A stretch of 64,000 nucleotides of DNA from Candidatus Tectimicrobiota bacterium. Lineage in GTDB: Bacteria > JACPUC01. The translations under genes and the position numbers were made by a program. Shown here in pieces: positions 39,535 to 51,661 of the stretch. The notes under the pieces were generated by a model. That model had not been told where the DNA came from. It was given only the letters and a program-made list of their open reading frames with translations, and searched no databases. The stretch covers positions 1 through 64,000 of the forward strand of contig JACPUC010000026.1 of the NCBI GenBank assembly GCA_016192455.1, read 5' to 3'. How positions within the stretch are numbered: position 1 is the stretch's first letter; each line of letters begins with the position of its first letter.

Positions 39535-39610
39535 TGGTGGGCCCACCTGGCTTCGAACCAGGGACCAACCGGTTATGAGCCGGTGGCTCTGCCAACTGAG
39601 CTATGGGCCC
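39535..39610 (-). tRNA. tRNA-Ile2 (CAT, lysidine type)
   Basis: 76-nt cloverleaf GGGCCCATAGCTCAG...CTCATAA...GTTCGAA...GGGCCCACCA. Paired G1:C72 argues against fMet; C4:G69/C5:G68 and the position after rpoD favour Ile2 over elongator Met. Confidence 0.9.
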
Positions 39611-39732
39611 GCCGCTCAACGTTCCGCGGCGCCTGAAGGGTCTCACTCGCTCCTCGAGGGGAGCGTTCGGCTCCCGGGCAGCGAACCATCCCCCTCACGG
39701 CCCCCCCGCGGGCCAAGCGCACCCTCCGGCTC

Positions 39733-41511
<1,779 letters not shown>

Positions 41512-42028
41512 GCGTCGCCGACCTCCCCTGGGAAACTCTTGAACATCAGCCCGAGATTCTGCTCCCTCCAGTGCGCTCGGCACTACCCGGCAACAACTTC
41601 AGCACCATGCTCCTCGGCTGCTCACAAAAAAGCGCCTCGACGAAGGAGCTCTCTACCGTCGCCGCCTGCCGCTCGCCACGCAACGACCTCTCTCAGCCGA
41701 TCACCAACCTCGTCAGCCTCCCTCCTCCAAGCGCTCCGGCCGCCGGCGATCTCCCGCCGCGGCAGACCCTCATCATCCCAGTCATCCCAGCCTTCTTCAA
41801 AAAGCCCCGTCCTGCGGCATGAGCGAAGTGCAGCGTCTTCCTGGCGGCTGCTTGCGGCGCGGCTCGAGAACGCCTCTCCCGGGGTGCGCTCGTCTGTCGC
41901 TGCGTGCCAGCGTGAGACGACAGGAGCGGCCCTTGCCCCCCAGGGCGCCGTTCTCCTCCCCGTCCCTTCGCCGGCGCCGGCGCCAGACGTGCATCAACCC
42001 CCGGCGGGGTATTCCGCTGCGCCGGGCG

Positions 42029-43825
42029 CTACGAAACGCTGGAATGCGGGCGCTTGCGCGCGCGCAACGCCATAGACTCCGCCCGAAGATCGAGAGCCTC
42101 CTGGCCGCGCCCAGCGCGTTCGGCCTCCTTCATGCGCGCAATAAGCTCTTTGGCCGCCACACCCTCCTGGCGACAGCGCAGATTCTTCGTGTGGTCAGCG
42201 ATCAACTCCTCAATGCTGGTGCCGGTTTCACCAATCGGCTGCAGCGCCAGGCTGGCTGCCATCCGGCGCAGGTCTTCAGCAGGGATTATTGGCAAGATTT
42301 CACGTAATTCAAGGGATTGCCCCAACTTTTCTTGATCAAACAGGAACGTTGCAAGCTTCTGGAACGGCGGCTCGCGAAAGGCCACACCCTGCAGAGCCTC
42401 TCGCACCTGAGGGATGCGCTCAGGAAACTGGAGCATGATGCTGAGGAGTTGACGTTCGGTGAACGAGCGGACATCTCGCCTCCCCATGTCGCCGCCACCC
42501 GGCGCGGGCTCCTCGTCCTTGCGGCTCTGCCGCCTCAGTTCGCGCATGATCGTGTCGCGGGGGACCTGGGTGCGATCCGCCAGGAGTGAGAGGTAGCTGC
42601 TGCGCGCCAGGTGGTCCTGCACCCTGCGGAGCGGCTCGAGAAGGTCGCGGATGACAGCGGTGCGCGCCTCGACCGAGGCCAGACCATGCTGCTCGATCGC
42701 CAGGGCGATGAGGAACTCGATGAGCGGCGGCGCCTGGGCCAGGACGCCTTCGAACGCCGCGCCTCCCGTCTTGCGGACAAAGCTGTCGGGATCCTCGCCG
42801 GCCGGGAGCTGCGCCACGCGCACCCGCAGGCCGTGCGTGAGGAAGAGGGTCTCGCCTCTTCCGGCGGCGCGACGGCCGGCGGGGTCGCCGTCGAAGGCCA
42901 CCACCACCTCCGGGGCGAAGCGCTGCAAGAGCCGCACATGCCCCTCGGTGAGGGCCGTGCCGCAGGTCGCCACCACCTGCCGCACGCCGGCCTGATGGCA
43001 ACTGAGGAGATCGAAATAGCCCTCCACGAGCACTGTTTGGCGGGCCCGGCGGATGCTCTCGCGCGCCTGGGCAAGGCCGTAGAGGAGCGCATACTTGCGA
43101 TAGATCGCCGTCTCCGGGGTGTTCAGGTACTTCGGCTGGTCGTCGCGGTTTTCGAGCAGTCGCCCTCCGAAGCCCACGGTGCGACCGTCGACGTCCTGAA
43201 TGGGAAAGATCAGCCGGTCGCGGAAGCGGTCGTAGTAGCCGCTGCCGGTGGCGCGCTCCTTCACCAGCCCGGCTTCCGCCAGCACCCGGGGGTCATACCC
43301 GCGGCCGCTGGCGAACCGCAAGAGGGCATCCCAGCTCTCCGGCGCGTAGCCGAGATGGAAGGACTCAATCGTCTCCTGCGTCATGCCGCGCCCTTGCAGG
43401 TAGGCCGCGGCCCTACCCGTTCCCCCCTGCTCGAGGAGCTGGCGATGGAAGAACTCCCGGGCCAGGTCGAGGCAGGCGAAGAGCTGCTGGCGGTGCTGCG
43501 TCTCGGCATCGCTCACCGGGGCGCGCCGCGAGGGGAGGCGCACGCCGTACCGCCGCGCCAGCACCTGGACGGCTTCGGGGAAGCTGATGTTGTTGATGAG
43601 CTGCAGGAACTTCAGGGCATCACCGCCGGCGCCGCAGCCGAAGCAGTAGAAGATGCCCTTCTCGCGGGTGACGGTAAATGAAGGGGTCTTCTCGCGATGG
43701 AAGGGGCAGAGGGCGCGGTGATTCTTGCCGCGCGCCTCGAGGCTAAGGTAGTCGCTGACGACCTCGACGATATCAGCCCGCTCGCGGAGCTGTTGGAGGA
43801 GGTCAGCGCTGGAACCCTGGGCCAT
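42029..43825 (-). CDS. dnaG: DNA primase
   Basis: CPFHREKTPSF...CFGC zinc finger, KYLNTPET, VEGYFD, FDGDPAG and DPD motifs. Confidence 0.97.
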   Translation of the reverse strand: MAQGSSADLLQQLRERADIVEVVSDYLSLEARGKNHRALCPFHREKTPSFTVTREKGIFYCFGCGAGGDALKFLQLINNISFPEAVQVLARRYGVRLPSRRAPVSDAETQHRQQLFACLDLAREFFHRQLLEQGGTGRAAAYLQGRGMTQETIESFHLGYAPESWDALLRFASGRGYDPRVLAEAGLVKERATGSGYYDRFRDRLIFPIQDVDGRTVGFGGRLLENRDDQPKYLNTPETAIYRKYALLYGLAQARESIRRARQTVLVEGYFDLLSCHQAGVRQVVATCGTALTEGHVRLLQRFAPEVVVAFDGDPAGRRAAGRGETLFLTHGLRVRVAQLPAGEDPDSFVRKTGGAAFEGVLAQAPPLIEFLIALAIEQHGLASVEARTAVIRDLLEPLRRVQDHLARSSYLSLLADRTQVPRDTIMRELRRQSRKDEEPAPGGGDMGRRDVRSFTERQLLSIMLQFPERIPQVREALQGVAFREPPFQKLATFLFDQEKLGQSLELREILPIIPAEDLRRMAASLALQPIGETGTSIEELIADHTKNLRCRQEGVAAKELIARMKEAERAGRGQEALDLRAESMALRARKRPHSSVS

Positions 43826-44012
43826 CGTCAGACTCCGACCAGTCACCCTGGCAGATCCGAGGTCGGCGCGCCGCGGCTCGCCCCTCGCCGAGCCGGCACC
43901 CAGCGGCGGACCCCTGCGAGAAGACGGTAGTGAGATTGAGTATGGAACGCTGCACCGAGAATCGCCACAGGGAAGACGCACAGACAGCGCCGCAGCGGCT
44001 CGAGAGGGACGC

Positions 44013-46454
44013 CTAGCGCAGCTCGGCGATGGTGGCGCCCGTCCCCCCCCGGGCATCGATCTCGGCATGGAAGGCGCGCACTTGGCGGTGACGGCGCAGG
44101 AACTCTCCGGTGGCCCGTCGCAATGCTCCGGTGCCCTTGCCGTGGATGATGCGCACATTCGCCAACCCACTTAGGATAGCACGGTCCAGGAATTGATCAA
44201 GGTTCGCGAGGGCCTCCTCGACGGTCTGCCCGATGAGGTTGATCTCGGCGCGCAAGGCGCTGCTGTCGACTTCCAGCGAGTACCCGGGAGCCGTGATAGG
44301 CTGGACCTCCCGCGCCTGCCGGGAAAGCGCGGCGGCACGCTGGCTCCCCTGGCGGACCTCCGCCGGGGGCGGCGCTGCGACGGAGGGCGCCGCGGGCGCA
44401 CGCCGGCGAACCGCCGCCTCGATCGACACCCGCAGCCGCCGCCCGGAGGCTTGCACGAGGAGGCTCCGGCCGCCCTCGTCGACGCGCTCGACGATGCCCC
44501 GCACGCCTCCCTGCCGCAGCTCCACCGTATCGCCGACGACGGGAGGCGTGGCGTCGAACTCGTCGGCGGCGGGCCCCGTCGGCTCGGGCGCGGCATACTC
44601 CGCCAGCGTCCCGCCGAGACTGCCGAAGACCTGCTCCGGGAAGCGCACCGGGCGGCCTGCCGCCGCCTCTTCGCGCAGCGTGTGGACCAGCTCCTCCACC
44701 TGACGCCTGGCCTGCTTGAGGAACTCGCCGCCTTCACGCTGCAGCTTGTCGCTCCAGGCGCGGCGCTCCTCGTCGAGGGCTGCGGCGCGCGCTTCGTCGT
44801 CGCGCCGCCGGCGCTCATAGGCCAGCCGCTGCTGCTCGAGCGCCTCCTGCTCGGTGGCGAGCGCGGCGCGGTCGCGGTGCACCGACTCCACCATCTCCTC
44901 GAAGGGGCTCTTCAAGCCCGTCAGCTCATGACGCGCCCGCTCCAGCACCGAGGCGGGAAACCCCAGCCGCTCGGCCACGGCAATGGCGTTGCTCTGCCCG
45001 GCGAAGCCGAGACGCAGGCGAAAGGTGGGCAGGAGCGTCTCCGCATCGAACTCCATCGAGGCGTTCTGCACGCCCGGCTGGAGATGGGCGTAGACCTTCA
45101 AGGGGTTGTGGTGCGTCGAGATGAGGGTGGGGACGCCGCGCCGGCGCAGCTCATCCGCCACCGCGATCGCCAGGGCCGCCCCCTCGGTCGGCTCGGTACC
45201 CGATCCCAGCTCATCGAGGAGGACGAGGGTTTTCGGCGTGGCCTGGTCGAGGATGAAGCGGAGTTGGCGGCAGTGCCCCGAGAAGGTGCTGAGGTTCTGC
45301 TGCAGGCTCTGCTCGTCGCCGATATCCAGGAAGAGGTCGTCCAGGGCCATGACGCTGCTCTCGGAAGCCGCCGGCAGCGGCAGACCGGCCAGCGCCATGG
45401 CATGGAGGAGGCCGACGGTCTTCAGCACCACCGTCTTGCCGCCGGTGTTCGGGCCGGTGATGATGAGGAGCGTCGTCGCTCCCCCGAGCTCGACATCCAG
45501 CGGCACCACGCCGGCGTCGCGCTTGCCGCCGCCGAGGAGGGGATGGCAGGCCCGCCGCAGGGAGCAGGAACCGTCGCGTCGGAACTCCGGCTCCGTCGCC
45601 TCGTGCTCGCTGGCCCACGCCGCGCGCGCGTACAGGCTGTCGAGCAGAGCCAAGCCGCCGATGCTGCGCAGGAGCTGCAGGCGCACCTCGGCCACGTCCA
45701 TCGTGAGTCGGCGCAGGATGCGCCGGATTTCGGTCTCCTCCTCGAGGGTCTGCTCGATGATGGCGTTGTTGAGGGGGAGGGCGATCTCAGGCTCGACGTA
45801 GAGCGTCGATCGGCTCGCCGACTGGTCGTGCACGAAGCCGCCCACGGCGCGCCGGTACGACGCCTTCAGGGGGATGACATAGCGCTGATTGCGGATGGTG
45901 ACGAAGGGCTCCTGGACGACGTCGCGCTGCGCCTCCATGAACTCACGCAGCAGATCGTTGATGCGCCGGCGGCTGTCGCGCAAACGCTGGCGCAGCATGC
46001 CGAGGCGCTCGCTGGCGCCGTCGCGCAGGTCGCCGTGCTCATCGATCGCCGAGACGATGCGCTGCTCCAGGCGGGGATTGCTGTAGAGGTCCTCGGCGGC
46101 GCGGCGCAGGAGGGGCAGAGAGACCTGACTCGCCGCCAGGTCCGCCGTGATGAGGCGGGCGATCCCCAGCACATGCGCGATGCTCCGCAGCACCAGGGGA
46201 TCGAGGATCACGCCCTCGATGCGCAGCCGTTCGAGGGAGGGCGTCACATCCTCGAACTGGCCGCAGCGGAACGCCAGCCCCTCATCCAGGTAGCGGCGCA
46301 TTTCCCGCACCATCGCAAGCTGCTCCGCCGCCCAGAGCGCCTCGCGCGGGAGCAAGCGGCGCACCGCGGCGGCTCCGACCTGCGACTGGGCATACGCGGC
46401 AACCTGCTCGAGGACCTGTTGGAATTCAAGAATCTCGAGGGTGTGGGGGTGCAT
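44013..46454 (-). CDS. mutS2: endonuclease MutS2
   Basis: ITGPNTGGKT, DIGDEQS, STFSGH, LDELGSGT and C-terminal Smr IIHGKGTG. Confidence 0.96.
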   Translation of the reverse strand: MHPHTLEILEFQQVLEQVAAYAQSQVGAAAVRRLLPREALWAAEQLAMVREMRRYLDEGLAFRCGQFEDVTPSLERLRIEGVILDPLVLRSIAHVLGIARLITADLAASQVSLPLLRRAAEDLYSNPRLEQRIVSAIDEHGDLRDGASERLGMLRQRLRDSRRRINDLLREFMEAQRDVVQEPFVTIRNQRYVIPLKASYRRAVGGFVHDQSASRSTLYVEPEIALPLNNAIIEQTLEEETEIRRILRRLTMDVAEVRLQLLRSIGGLALLDSLYARAAWASEHEATEPEFRRDGSCSLRRACHPLLGGGKRDAGVVPLDVELGGATTLLIITGPNTGGKTVVLKTVGLLHAMALAGLPLPAASESSVMALDDLFLDIGDEQSLQQNLSTFSGHCRQLRFILDQATPKTLVLLDELGSGTEPTEGAALAIAVADELRRRGVPTLISTHHNPLKVYAHLQPGVQNASMEFDAETLLPTFRLRLGFAGQSNAIAVAERLGFPASVLERARHELTGLKSPFEEMVESVHRDRAALATEQEALEQQRLAYERRRRDDEARAAALDEERRAWSDKLQREGGEFLKQARRQVEELVHTLREEAAAGRPVRFPEQVFGSLGGTLAEYAAPEPTGPAADEFDATPPVVGDTVELRQGGVRGIVERVDEGGRSLLVQASGRRLRVSIEAAVRRRAPAAPSVAAPPPAEVRQGSQRAAALSRQAREVQPITAPGYSLEVDSSALRAEINLIGQTVEEALANLDQFLDRAILSGLANVRIIHGKGTGALRRATGEFLRRHRQVRAFHAEIDARGGTGATIAELR

Positions 46455-46712
46455 GCCTGGAAATCAACCGGGGTTGCAGGCCGTGGGATCGACAGCCTGG
46501 CGACCGAGAGCGCCGGGAGGCGCGGCGTGCGTGGAGACCGGCGATCCTACCACGGCACCTCAGCTCCGTCGTCAAACCTCGCACCTCAGGCACCTGCTCC
46601 CTGGCCGCGGCCGTTGAAGACAAGCGGGAGAGCCGGGAGATGCAGGCCGAGGCACGAAGTGGGAAGCAGCACCCCTGCTTCCCACCTCCAGAGCAACGCA
46701 CTCGACAGACTT

Positions 46713-47156
46713 TCAGGAGAGCATCTCGCGCGCCAGGCGACTCACCATCTCGCCAGCGGCCTGGCCCTTCAGCCGAGCCATCACCTGCTTCATCACCTTG
46801 CCAAGGTCCTTCGGACCGCTGGCGCCGGTCTCGGCAATGGCCGCCTGGATGTACGGTCGCACCTCCTCTTCGCCGAGCTGCGGCGGCAGGTAGGCGCTCA
46901 GAATGCCCAGCTCCTGGGTTTCCTTCTCCACCAAGTCGGCTCTGCCACCCTCCTCGAAGTACTTGATCGACTCGCGGCGCTGCTTGATGCTCGAGGTGAT
47001 GACCGCCAGGACCTCCTCGTCGGTAAGCTCGCGGCGAAGCTCGATCTCCCGGTTCTTGATGGCTGCCTGCAGCAACCGCACAACCGAGAGCTTCACCTTG
47101 TCGGCAGCTTTCAAGGATGTCGTCAGGTCAGTCCGCAAGCGCTCCTTCAAGGCCAT
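46713..47156 (-). CDS. GatB/YqeY domain protein
   Basis: KQRRESI, YLPPQL and KDLGKVM motifs; follows rpsU. Confidence 0.93.
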   Translation of the reverse strand: MALKERLRTDLTTSLKAADKVKLSVVRLLQAAIKNREIELRRELTDEEVLAVITSSIKQRRESIKYFEEGGRADLVEKETQELGILSAYLPPQLGEEEVRPYIQAAIAETGASGPKDLGKVMKQVMARLKGQAAGEMVSRLAREMLS

Positions 47157-47186
47157 GGACATCTCTCGGGCAGGCGGCACCGCCTG

Positions 47187-47381
47187 TCATTCCTCAAGCT
47201 CCATCATCTTGAGCATTTTCTTCCGCGCCGCCAAGAGTTTGCGCTTGCGACGCACGCTGGGCTTCTCGTAATGCTCGCGCTTGCGGATTTCCGAGAGGAT
47301 GCCGGCCTTCTCACACTGCTTCTTGAATCGCTTCAACGCATTCTCAAACGGCTCGTTCTCTTTCACCTTCACGCCTGGCAC
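47187..47381 (-). CDS. rpsU: 30S ribosomal protein S21
   Basis: [38 protein letters not shown]. Confidence 0.98.
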   Translation of the reverse strand: MPGVKVKENEPFENALKRFKKQCEKAGILSEIRKREHYEKPSVRRKRKLLAARKKMLKMMELEE

Positions 47382-47556
47382 GAATATCAGCCTCCTTCAC
47401 TGCCATGTCGGTTAGGGTTGCATTGCCTTGAGTGAATAAGAAACGACACTCTTGAAACTCAGCGGTTCCCACCGCCCACCGGGCCGCTGCGGACGAGATT
47501 CCGCTCCCCCTGGATAGCGCAAATCACCGCGACGATGCAGATGAAGACAAAACGTT

Positions 47557-47585
47557 AGGCTACGCCGCTGCGGGGTATCTGTCAA
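47557..47585 (-). promoter_or_regulatory. putative sigma70 promoter of the rpsU operon
   Basis: TTGACA-17 bp-TAGCCT. Confidence 0.6.
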
Positions 47586-47766
47586 GGAGATTCTCTCCCT
47601 TTGGCGGCACCCTCTCCTCCCGCCTATCCACGCCTTGGCGTCGTAGGCGCCGTCCTGCTCATGGGGAAGGCAACCTCCCTGAATTCGCCAGGGTCGCCCC
47701 CGGCCCATTCACCGGTCGGCAGTCCCTCCCGCCGACGCCGGCTCTCCCCGGTGTACGCCCGAGGTT

Positions 47767-48933
47767 TCAGCGTTGCAGGATGTGGATCGTGGTGGCGAGA
47801 GCATCGCCCTGGACGTTGCCACCCTGGCAATGCGTCAGGCCCACCCTCGCGCCGTCAACCTGCCGACCCTGCGCTTCGCCGCGAAGCTGCCACACCACCT
47901 CGGCGATCTGGGCCAGGCCGGTGGCGCCCACGGGATGTCCCTTCGCCAGCAGCCCGCCGCTCGGGTTCACCGGTACCCGTCCCCCCAAGGCGGTGGCGCC
48001 GCTCTCGATGAGACGGCCCCCCTCTCCCGGCGCGCAGAAGCCGAGGTCCTCATAGTGGCAAAGCTCGGCCACGCTGAAGCAGTCGTGCACCTCGGCAAGG
48101 TCGATCTCCTCCGGCCCTACGCCGGCCTGCTCGTAAGCCTGAGCCGCAGCCCGCTGCGTCGACTCGAAACCGACATACTCGCGATCCTCGCGGAAGAGCC
48201 CGGAGGTGAGGGCGGAAGCGGCGACGCGGATGGCGGGGCGGCCGCCGCGCCTGGCCACGTCGGCGCTGCAGAGGATCGCCGCCGCCGCGCCGTCGCCGAT
48301 CGGGCAGCAGTGCAGGAGCGTCAGCGGATCGCTGATCATCGGCGAGGCGGCGATCTCCTCCAGGGTGATCTCGTTGCGGTACTGGGCCCGCGGGTTGAGC
48401 GCCCCGTGGCGGTGATTCTTGATAGCGACGCGGGCGCACTGCTCGATGCTCTCGCCATACACCGCCATGCGGCGCCGCGCCAGCATGGCGTAGATGCCCG
48501 GGAAGACGAGGCCCAGAGCCGCCTCCATCTCCATGTCTCCCGCCGAGGCCAGCGCCGTGGTTACCTCCGCGGTCGTCCCCTCGGTAAGCTTCTCGACGCC
48601 GATGGCGAAGGCCACGTCGTAGAGGCCGGAGCCCACGGCGATCCACGCCTCCCGAAAGGCCACCGAGCCGCTCGAGCAGGCGTTCTCAACCTTCGTGACC
48701 GGGATGCCGGCAATGCCGATCTCGCGCAGGATGATCTGCCCGAGGCCCGCTTCCTGGCCACTCAGCAGCCCGCCGGCGAGGTTGCCGCAGTAGGCCACCT
48801 GCACCTCGCTCGGCTTCATGCCGGCATCCGCCAGGGCATCCCAGCACGCATCCGCGCCCAGCTCCCGCAGGCTCCTGGCGCGAAACTTGCCGAACGGCGT
48901 CATCCCCACGCCCAGCACCATCACCTCTCGCAT
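47767..48933 (-). CDS. SCP2/SCP-x-type thiolase
   Basis: GVGMTPFGK, ENACSSG, CCPIGDGAAA, EVHDCF and KGHPVGATG motifs. Confidence 0.93.
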   Translation of the reverse strand: MREVMVLGVGMTPFGKFRARSLRELGADACWDALADAGMKPSEVQVAYCGNLAGGLLSGQEAGLGQIILREIGIAGIPVTKVENACSSGSVAFREAWIAVGSGLYDVAFAIGVEKLTEGTTAEVTTALASAGDMEMEAALGLVFPGIYAMLARRRMAVYGESIEQCARVAIKNHRHGALNPRAQYRNEITLEEIAASPMISDPLTLLHCCPIGDGAAAAILCSADVARRGGRPAIRVAASALTSGLFREDREYVGFESTQRAAAQAYEQAGVGPEEIDLAEVHDCFSVAELCHYEDLGFCAPGEGGRLIESGATALGGRVPVNPSGGLLAKGHPVGATGLAQIAEVVWQLRGEAQGRQVDGARVGLTHCQGGNVQGDALATTIHILQR

Positions 48934-49039
48934 TGGACCCACCTCTGACGGGGACGGCACCGCCGCGGTCCCCGATCTTTCCTGCCGGCTGCGGCCCGAG
49001 TCGCCGCGGGCGCGGCCCCCCTTCCTGGCCCGACGCCGC

Positions 49040-49462
49040 TCAAGCGCGGCGCGCGCCGGTCGGCACGGGCACGAAGCGGTAGCCGAGAACGCGGCGTCCT
49101 AACCGGTCACGCTTGTAGGGAGCAAGCTCCAGCTCCACCGTTTGGCCGATCTGCAGTGCCTCGAGATCACCTCCCAGCAGGGCGAACACCCGCAGCCCTT
49201 CGGGAAGATCAACATACCCGAAGGCGTACGGCGTCTCATAGCCTACCGGCGGGACGCGGACGACCGTAAAGGTGTACAGCTTGCCGCGGCGAGAGAGCGG
49301 CAGACGCTCCACCGTGCCGCTCGAAAAGCAGGCCACGCAGCGCGTGCGCCAGGGGAAGCGCACGGCTCCGCAGACCGTACAGCGCCCGCCGATGAGGTAC
49401 GGGGGCGCATTGTCGGGAGCCGCAAAGAGACCTTCACGCACCGGAACCAGTTCCGCTTCCAT
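49040..49462 (-). CDS. DUF35 Zn-ribbon/OB-fold thiolase partner
   Basis: CTVCG..RFP....CVAC, GKLYTFTVV and YVDLPEG motifs. Confidence 0.9.
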   Translation of the reverse strand: MEAELVPVREGLFAAPDNAPPYLIGGRCTVCGAVRFPWRTRCVACFSSGTVERLPLSRRGKLYTFTVVRVPPVGYETPYAFGYVDLPEGLRVFALLGGDLEALQIGQTVELELAPYKRDRLGRRVLGYRFVPVPTGARRA

Positions 49463-49752
49463 GGCTCTCCTCGGCTCCCGACCACGGACCCAGCCCGCGC
49501 CCCGCGGCAGCCGCGCAGTGGCAGCCTCTTCCCAGTCACCGTTACCGCCGGCGCCGCTCGCCGCCCAAACCGCCGGCATGGCTCCGCATCGGACGGACTG
49601 CTCCAGCATAGCGTTACGCCTGCGGCGACGCAACTCCCCCGGCGACCGGGTAGGGAGCGGCTGAAGCGGTTCCCCATGGGCCTTCGGCCCACCCGCAAGC
49701 TCATGAAAATAAGCAGACACTTCTTTCTCGGCAGGGTTCCATCCCATCGGCC

Positions 49753-49780
49753 GTAGGGGCGGTTCGCGAACCGCCCCTAC
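49753..49780. repeat. 28-bp perfect GTAG-type REP-like palindrome
   Basis: GTAGGGGCGGTTCGCGAACCGCCCCTAC. Confidence 0.8.
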
Positions 49781-49867
49781 CATCGGCATACAAGAAACCG
49801 TTGAGGCACGCGGATCTCGGTGTGCCTCCGTGTCCATCTGTGGTTCCTTCCCCTGCCTTCTCTGCGT

Positions 49868-49915
49868 TCTCTGCGTCTCTGCGGTGCAATCATTTGAACC
49901 GCAGAGGCGCAGAGA
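49868..49915. repeat. 18-bp inverted repeat built from CGCAGAG units
   Basis: TCTCTGCGTCTCTGCGGT / ACCGCAGAGGCGCAGAGA (one G-U position). Confidence 0.75.
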
Positions 49916-50119
49916 GCACCGAAGTGGAGGAGACTAGCCGCACGAGCGTCAGCTTCATCATCGCGCAACATCAACCACGTACGCGCCTCTTTTCGAAAGC
50001 AGGGTGCGGCGCGGCTGGGAATCCGCATGGCGCCGCGCCTCTTCCACGCAGCGCATCGCCCTCCCCAGCTCCCCTCGGGCCGCTGCCGCCTCTCTGCCCT
50101 CGCCCTGCCCTGGCTCCTC

Positions 50120-51124
50120 TCATCCCCTCCAGTACTCCGCCGGCTGCATGGTGATCCGGTTGCGCTGCGTGCCGATCTGCTCAATCGTTCCCTCGATGAT
50201 ATCGCCATCCTTCAGGAAGGCGCCAAAGGCGGCGGCATTCCCCGCCGGCGAGCCGGTGGCGATGATATCCCCGGGCTCCAGCGTGCAGAGGCGCGAGATG
50301 CCCGCAATGATCTGCGGGATGGAGAAGAGCATCTCCGCGGTGCTGGCGCTCTGGCGCACCTCGCCGTTCACCTTCAGGCTGAGGGAGAGCGCGTGCGGAT
50401 CGAACCCCGCCTCGGGAATGAGGAGGTAGGGACCGAGGGGACCGAACGTGTCCTGGCCCTTCATGCCCAGCCAGTCCACGCGCCCCTCCGCGGGGAGGTA
50501 GGAACGGTCGGAGATGTTGTTGATGATCGTGTACGCGCCCACGTGGTCGTAGGCGCGCGCCACAGGGATATGCCGTCCCGCCCGCCCGACGACCACGGCA
50601 AGCTCCAGCTCGTAGTCGAGCTTCTCAACCCAGGGGGGAATGATGATGGGGCTGTAAGGGCCGGTGATACAGGTCGGCGGTTTCTGGAAGGCAAAGAAAC
50701 GGCCCGCGCGCATGCTCTCCCCCGGCTTCAAGGTGCGATCCACCTCCTCGGCGTGGAGGGCGTAGTTGCGCGCCATGCCAAACACCTTGCGCGGCTGAGG
50801 AACGGGTGGCAGGAAGGTGAGACCCTTGGGATCAAGGAGGACGCTCTGGTTCTCGAACATGGTGCGGTCGGCGCCGAGCCTTTGCTCGCGGGCCAGGGCG
50901 CCCTCGATGACCACCTGCGTCAGCCGCCGCGTCTCGTCATCAGCTTGCAGGAAAGCGACCGGATCGGGCGGCAGCTCACGGCCGGCCACGCTGATGCGGT
51001 CCACCGGGCTGATGCCCCCCTCCATCGTGAAGGCATAGGCGAGCACGAGGTCGAGAATCTTCCCCTGCAGCTCGACGCCCAGCCGCATCCTGCCCGTGTG
51101 CGTGAACAGGCATAACCGCATCAC
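50120..51124 (-). CDS. fumarylacetoacetate hydrolase family protein
   Basis: ARNYALH, LDYELEL, KGQDTFGPLGP and PGDIIATGSPAG motifs. Confidence 0.92.
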   Translation of the reverse strand: MMRLCLFTHTGRMRLGVELQGKILDLVLAYAFTMEGGISPVDRISVAGRELPPDPVAFLQADDETRRLTQVVIEGALAREQRLGADRTMFENQSVLLDPKGLTFLPPVPQPRKVFGMARNYALHAEEVDRTLKPGESMRAGRFFAFQKPPTCITGPYSPIIIPPWVEKLDYELELAVVVGRAGRHIPVARAYDHVGAYTIINNISDRSYLPAEGRVDWLGMKGQDTFGPLGPYLLIPEAGFDPHALSLSLKVNGEVRQSASTAEMLFSIPQIIAGISRLCTLEPGDIIATGSPAGNAAAFGAFLKDGDIIEGTIEQIGTQRNRITMQPAEYWRG

Positions 51125-51223
51125 CCCCGCCGTCTCCTTGCACCCGCCACCTGGGGGCCGGCGATCCTCGCGGCCGACGCGCTGGCGCCGCCCCGCTTTC
51201 GAGCGCGGCGCCCCTCACGCTCG

Positions 51224-51499
51224 CTAGGCTTGGTCACGCGCGGCTTGCTGGAGGGTCTGCTTCACCAGGCTCTTGATGATCTCCAGGTGCTGGCGCAGGG
51301 TGGCGATATCCGGCGCTCCCTGCGCGGGGTCGCCGATGTGCCGGTAGTAGACATCAAGCTGCCCGAGGAGCACCTGGCAGTCGACCAGATGATCGATCGC
51401 CAAGGCGAGAGGGCCGCGCACCTGGCCGTACTGGAAGCAGTAGTCGTCGTACTTGTCTGTATCGAAGAGGGCAGGTCGACCTTTTGAATCGTTGGTCAT
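51224..51499 (-). CDS. hypothetical helical protein
   Basis: 91 aa, AAAGGTGG RBS-like site, amphipathic helices. Confidence 0.65.
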   Translation of the reverse strand: MTNDSKGRPALFDTDKYDDYCFQYGQVRGPLALAIDHLVDCQVLLGQLDVYYRHIGDPAQGAPDIATLRQHLEIIKSLVKQTLQQAARDQA

Positions 51500-51561
51500 G
51501 GAGCCACCTTTGGCAGAACGGGGAGGTGAGGCGCCGCGCCCTCCCGCTCCTTGCCCGCGAG

Positions 51562-51661
51562 GGTGCAACCTGTACGTGCGCGCGAAGGCGGGAGATTTTT
51601 CCCCATGTTCCACGTGGAACATTGCTTCAGGTGCAACCTGTACGTAGGCGCGAAGGCGGGA
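51562..51661. repeat. two 32-bp direct repeats flanking a 36-bp spacer
   Basis: GGTGCAACCTGTACGT(GC/AG)GCGCGAAGGCGGGA at 51562-51593 and 51630-51661. Confidence 0.9.
51606..51621. promoter_or_regulatory. parS: parS centromere-like site
   Basis: Perfect palindrome TGTTCCACGTGGAACA matching the ParB-binding consensus TGTTNCACGTGNAACA. Confidence 0.85.

Noticed and set aside
39535-39610. tRNA-Met/fMet assignment
   Set aside because: No C1:A72 mismatch and no three consecutive G:C pairs at the base of the anticodon stem; acceptor stem and context fit Ile2 better, though elongator Met is not fully excluded.
44193-47435. 1080-aa plus-strand ORF, and similar long ORFs at 8689-11118, 39775-42075, 33388-35103 and 56921-58966
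   Set aside because: Antisense shadows of well-supported genes; high GC3 leaves opposite frames stop-poor, and no motifs are recognisable.
51562-51661. Call as a bona fide CRISPR array
   Set aside because: Only two good repeats, the third is out of phase, no cas genes are in the window, and the spacer contains a host parS; reported as a repeat instead.
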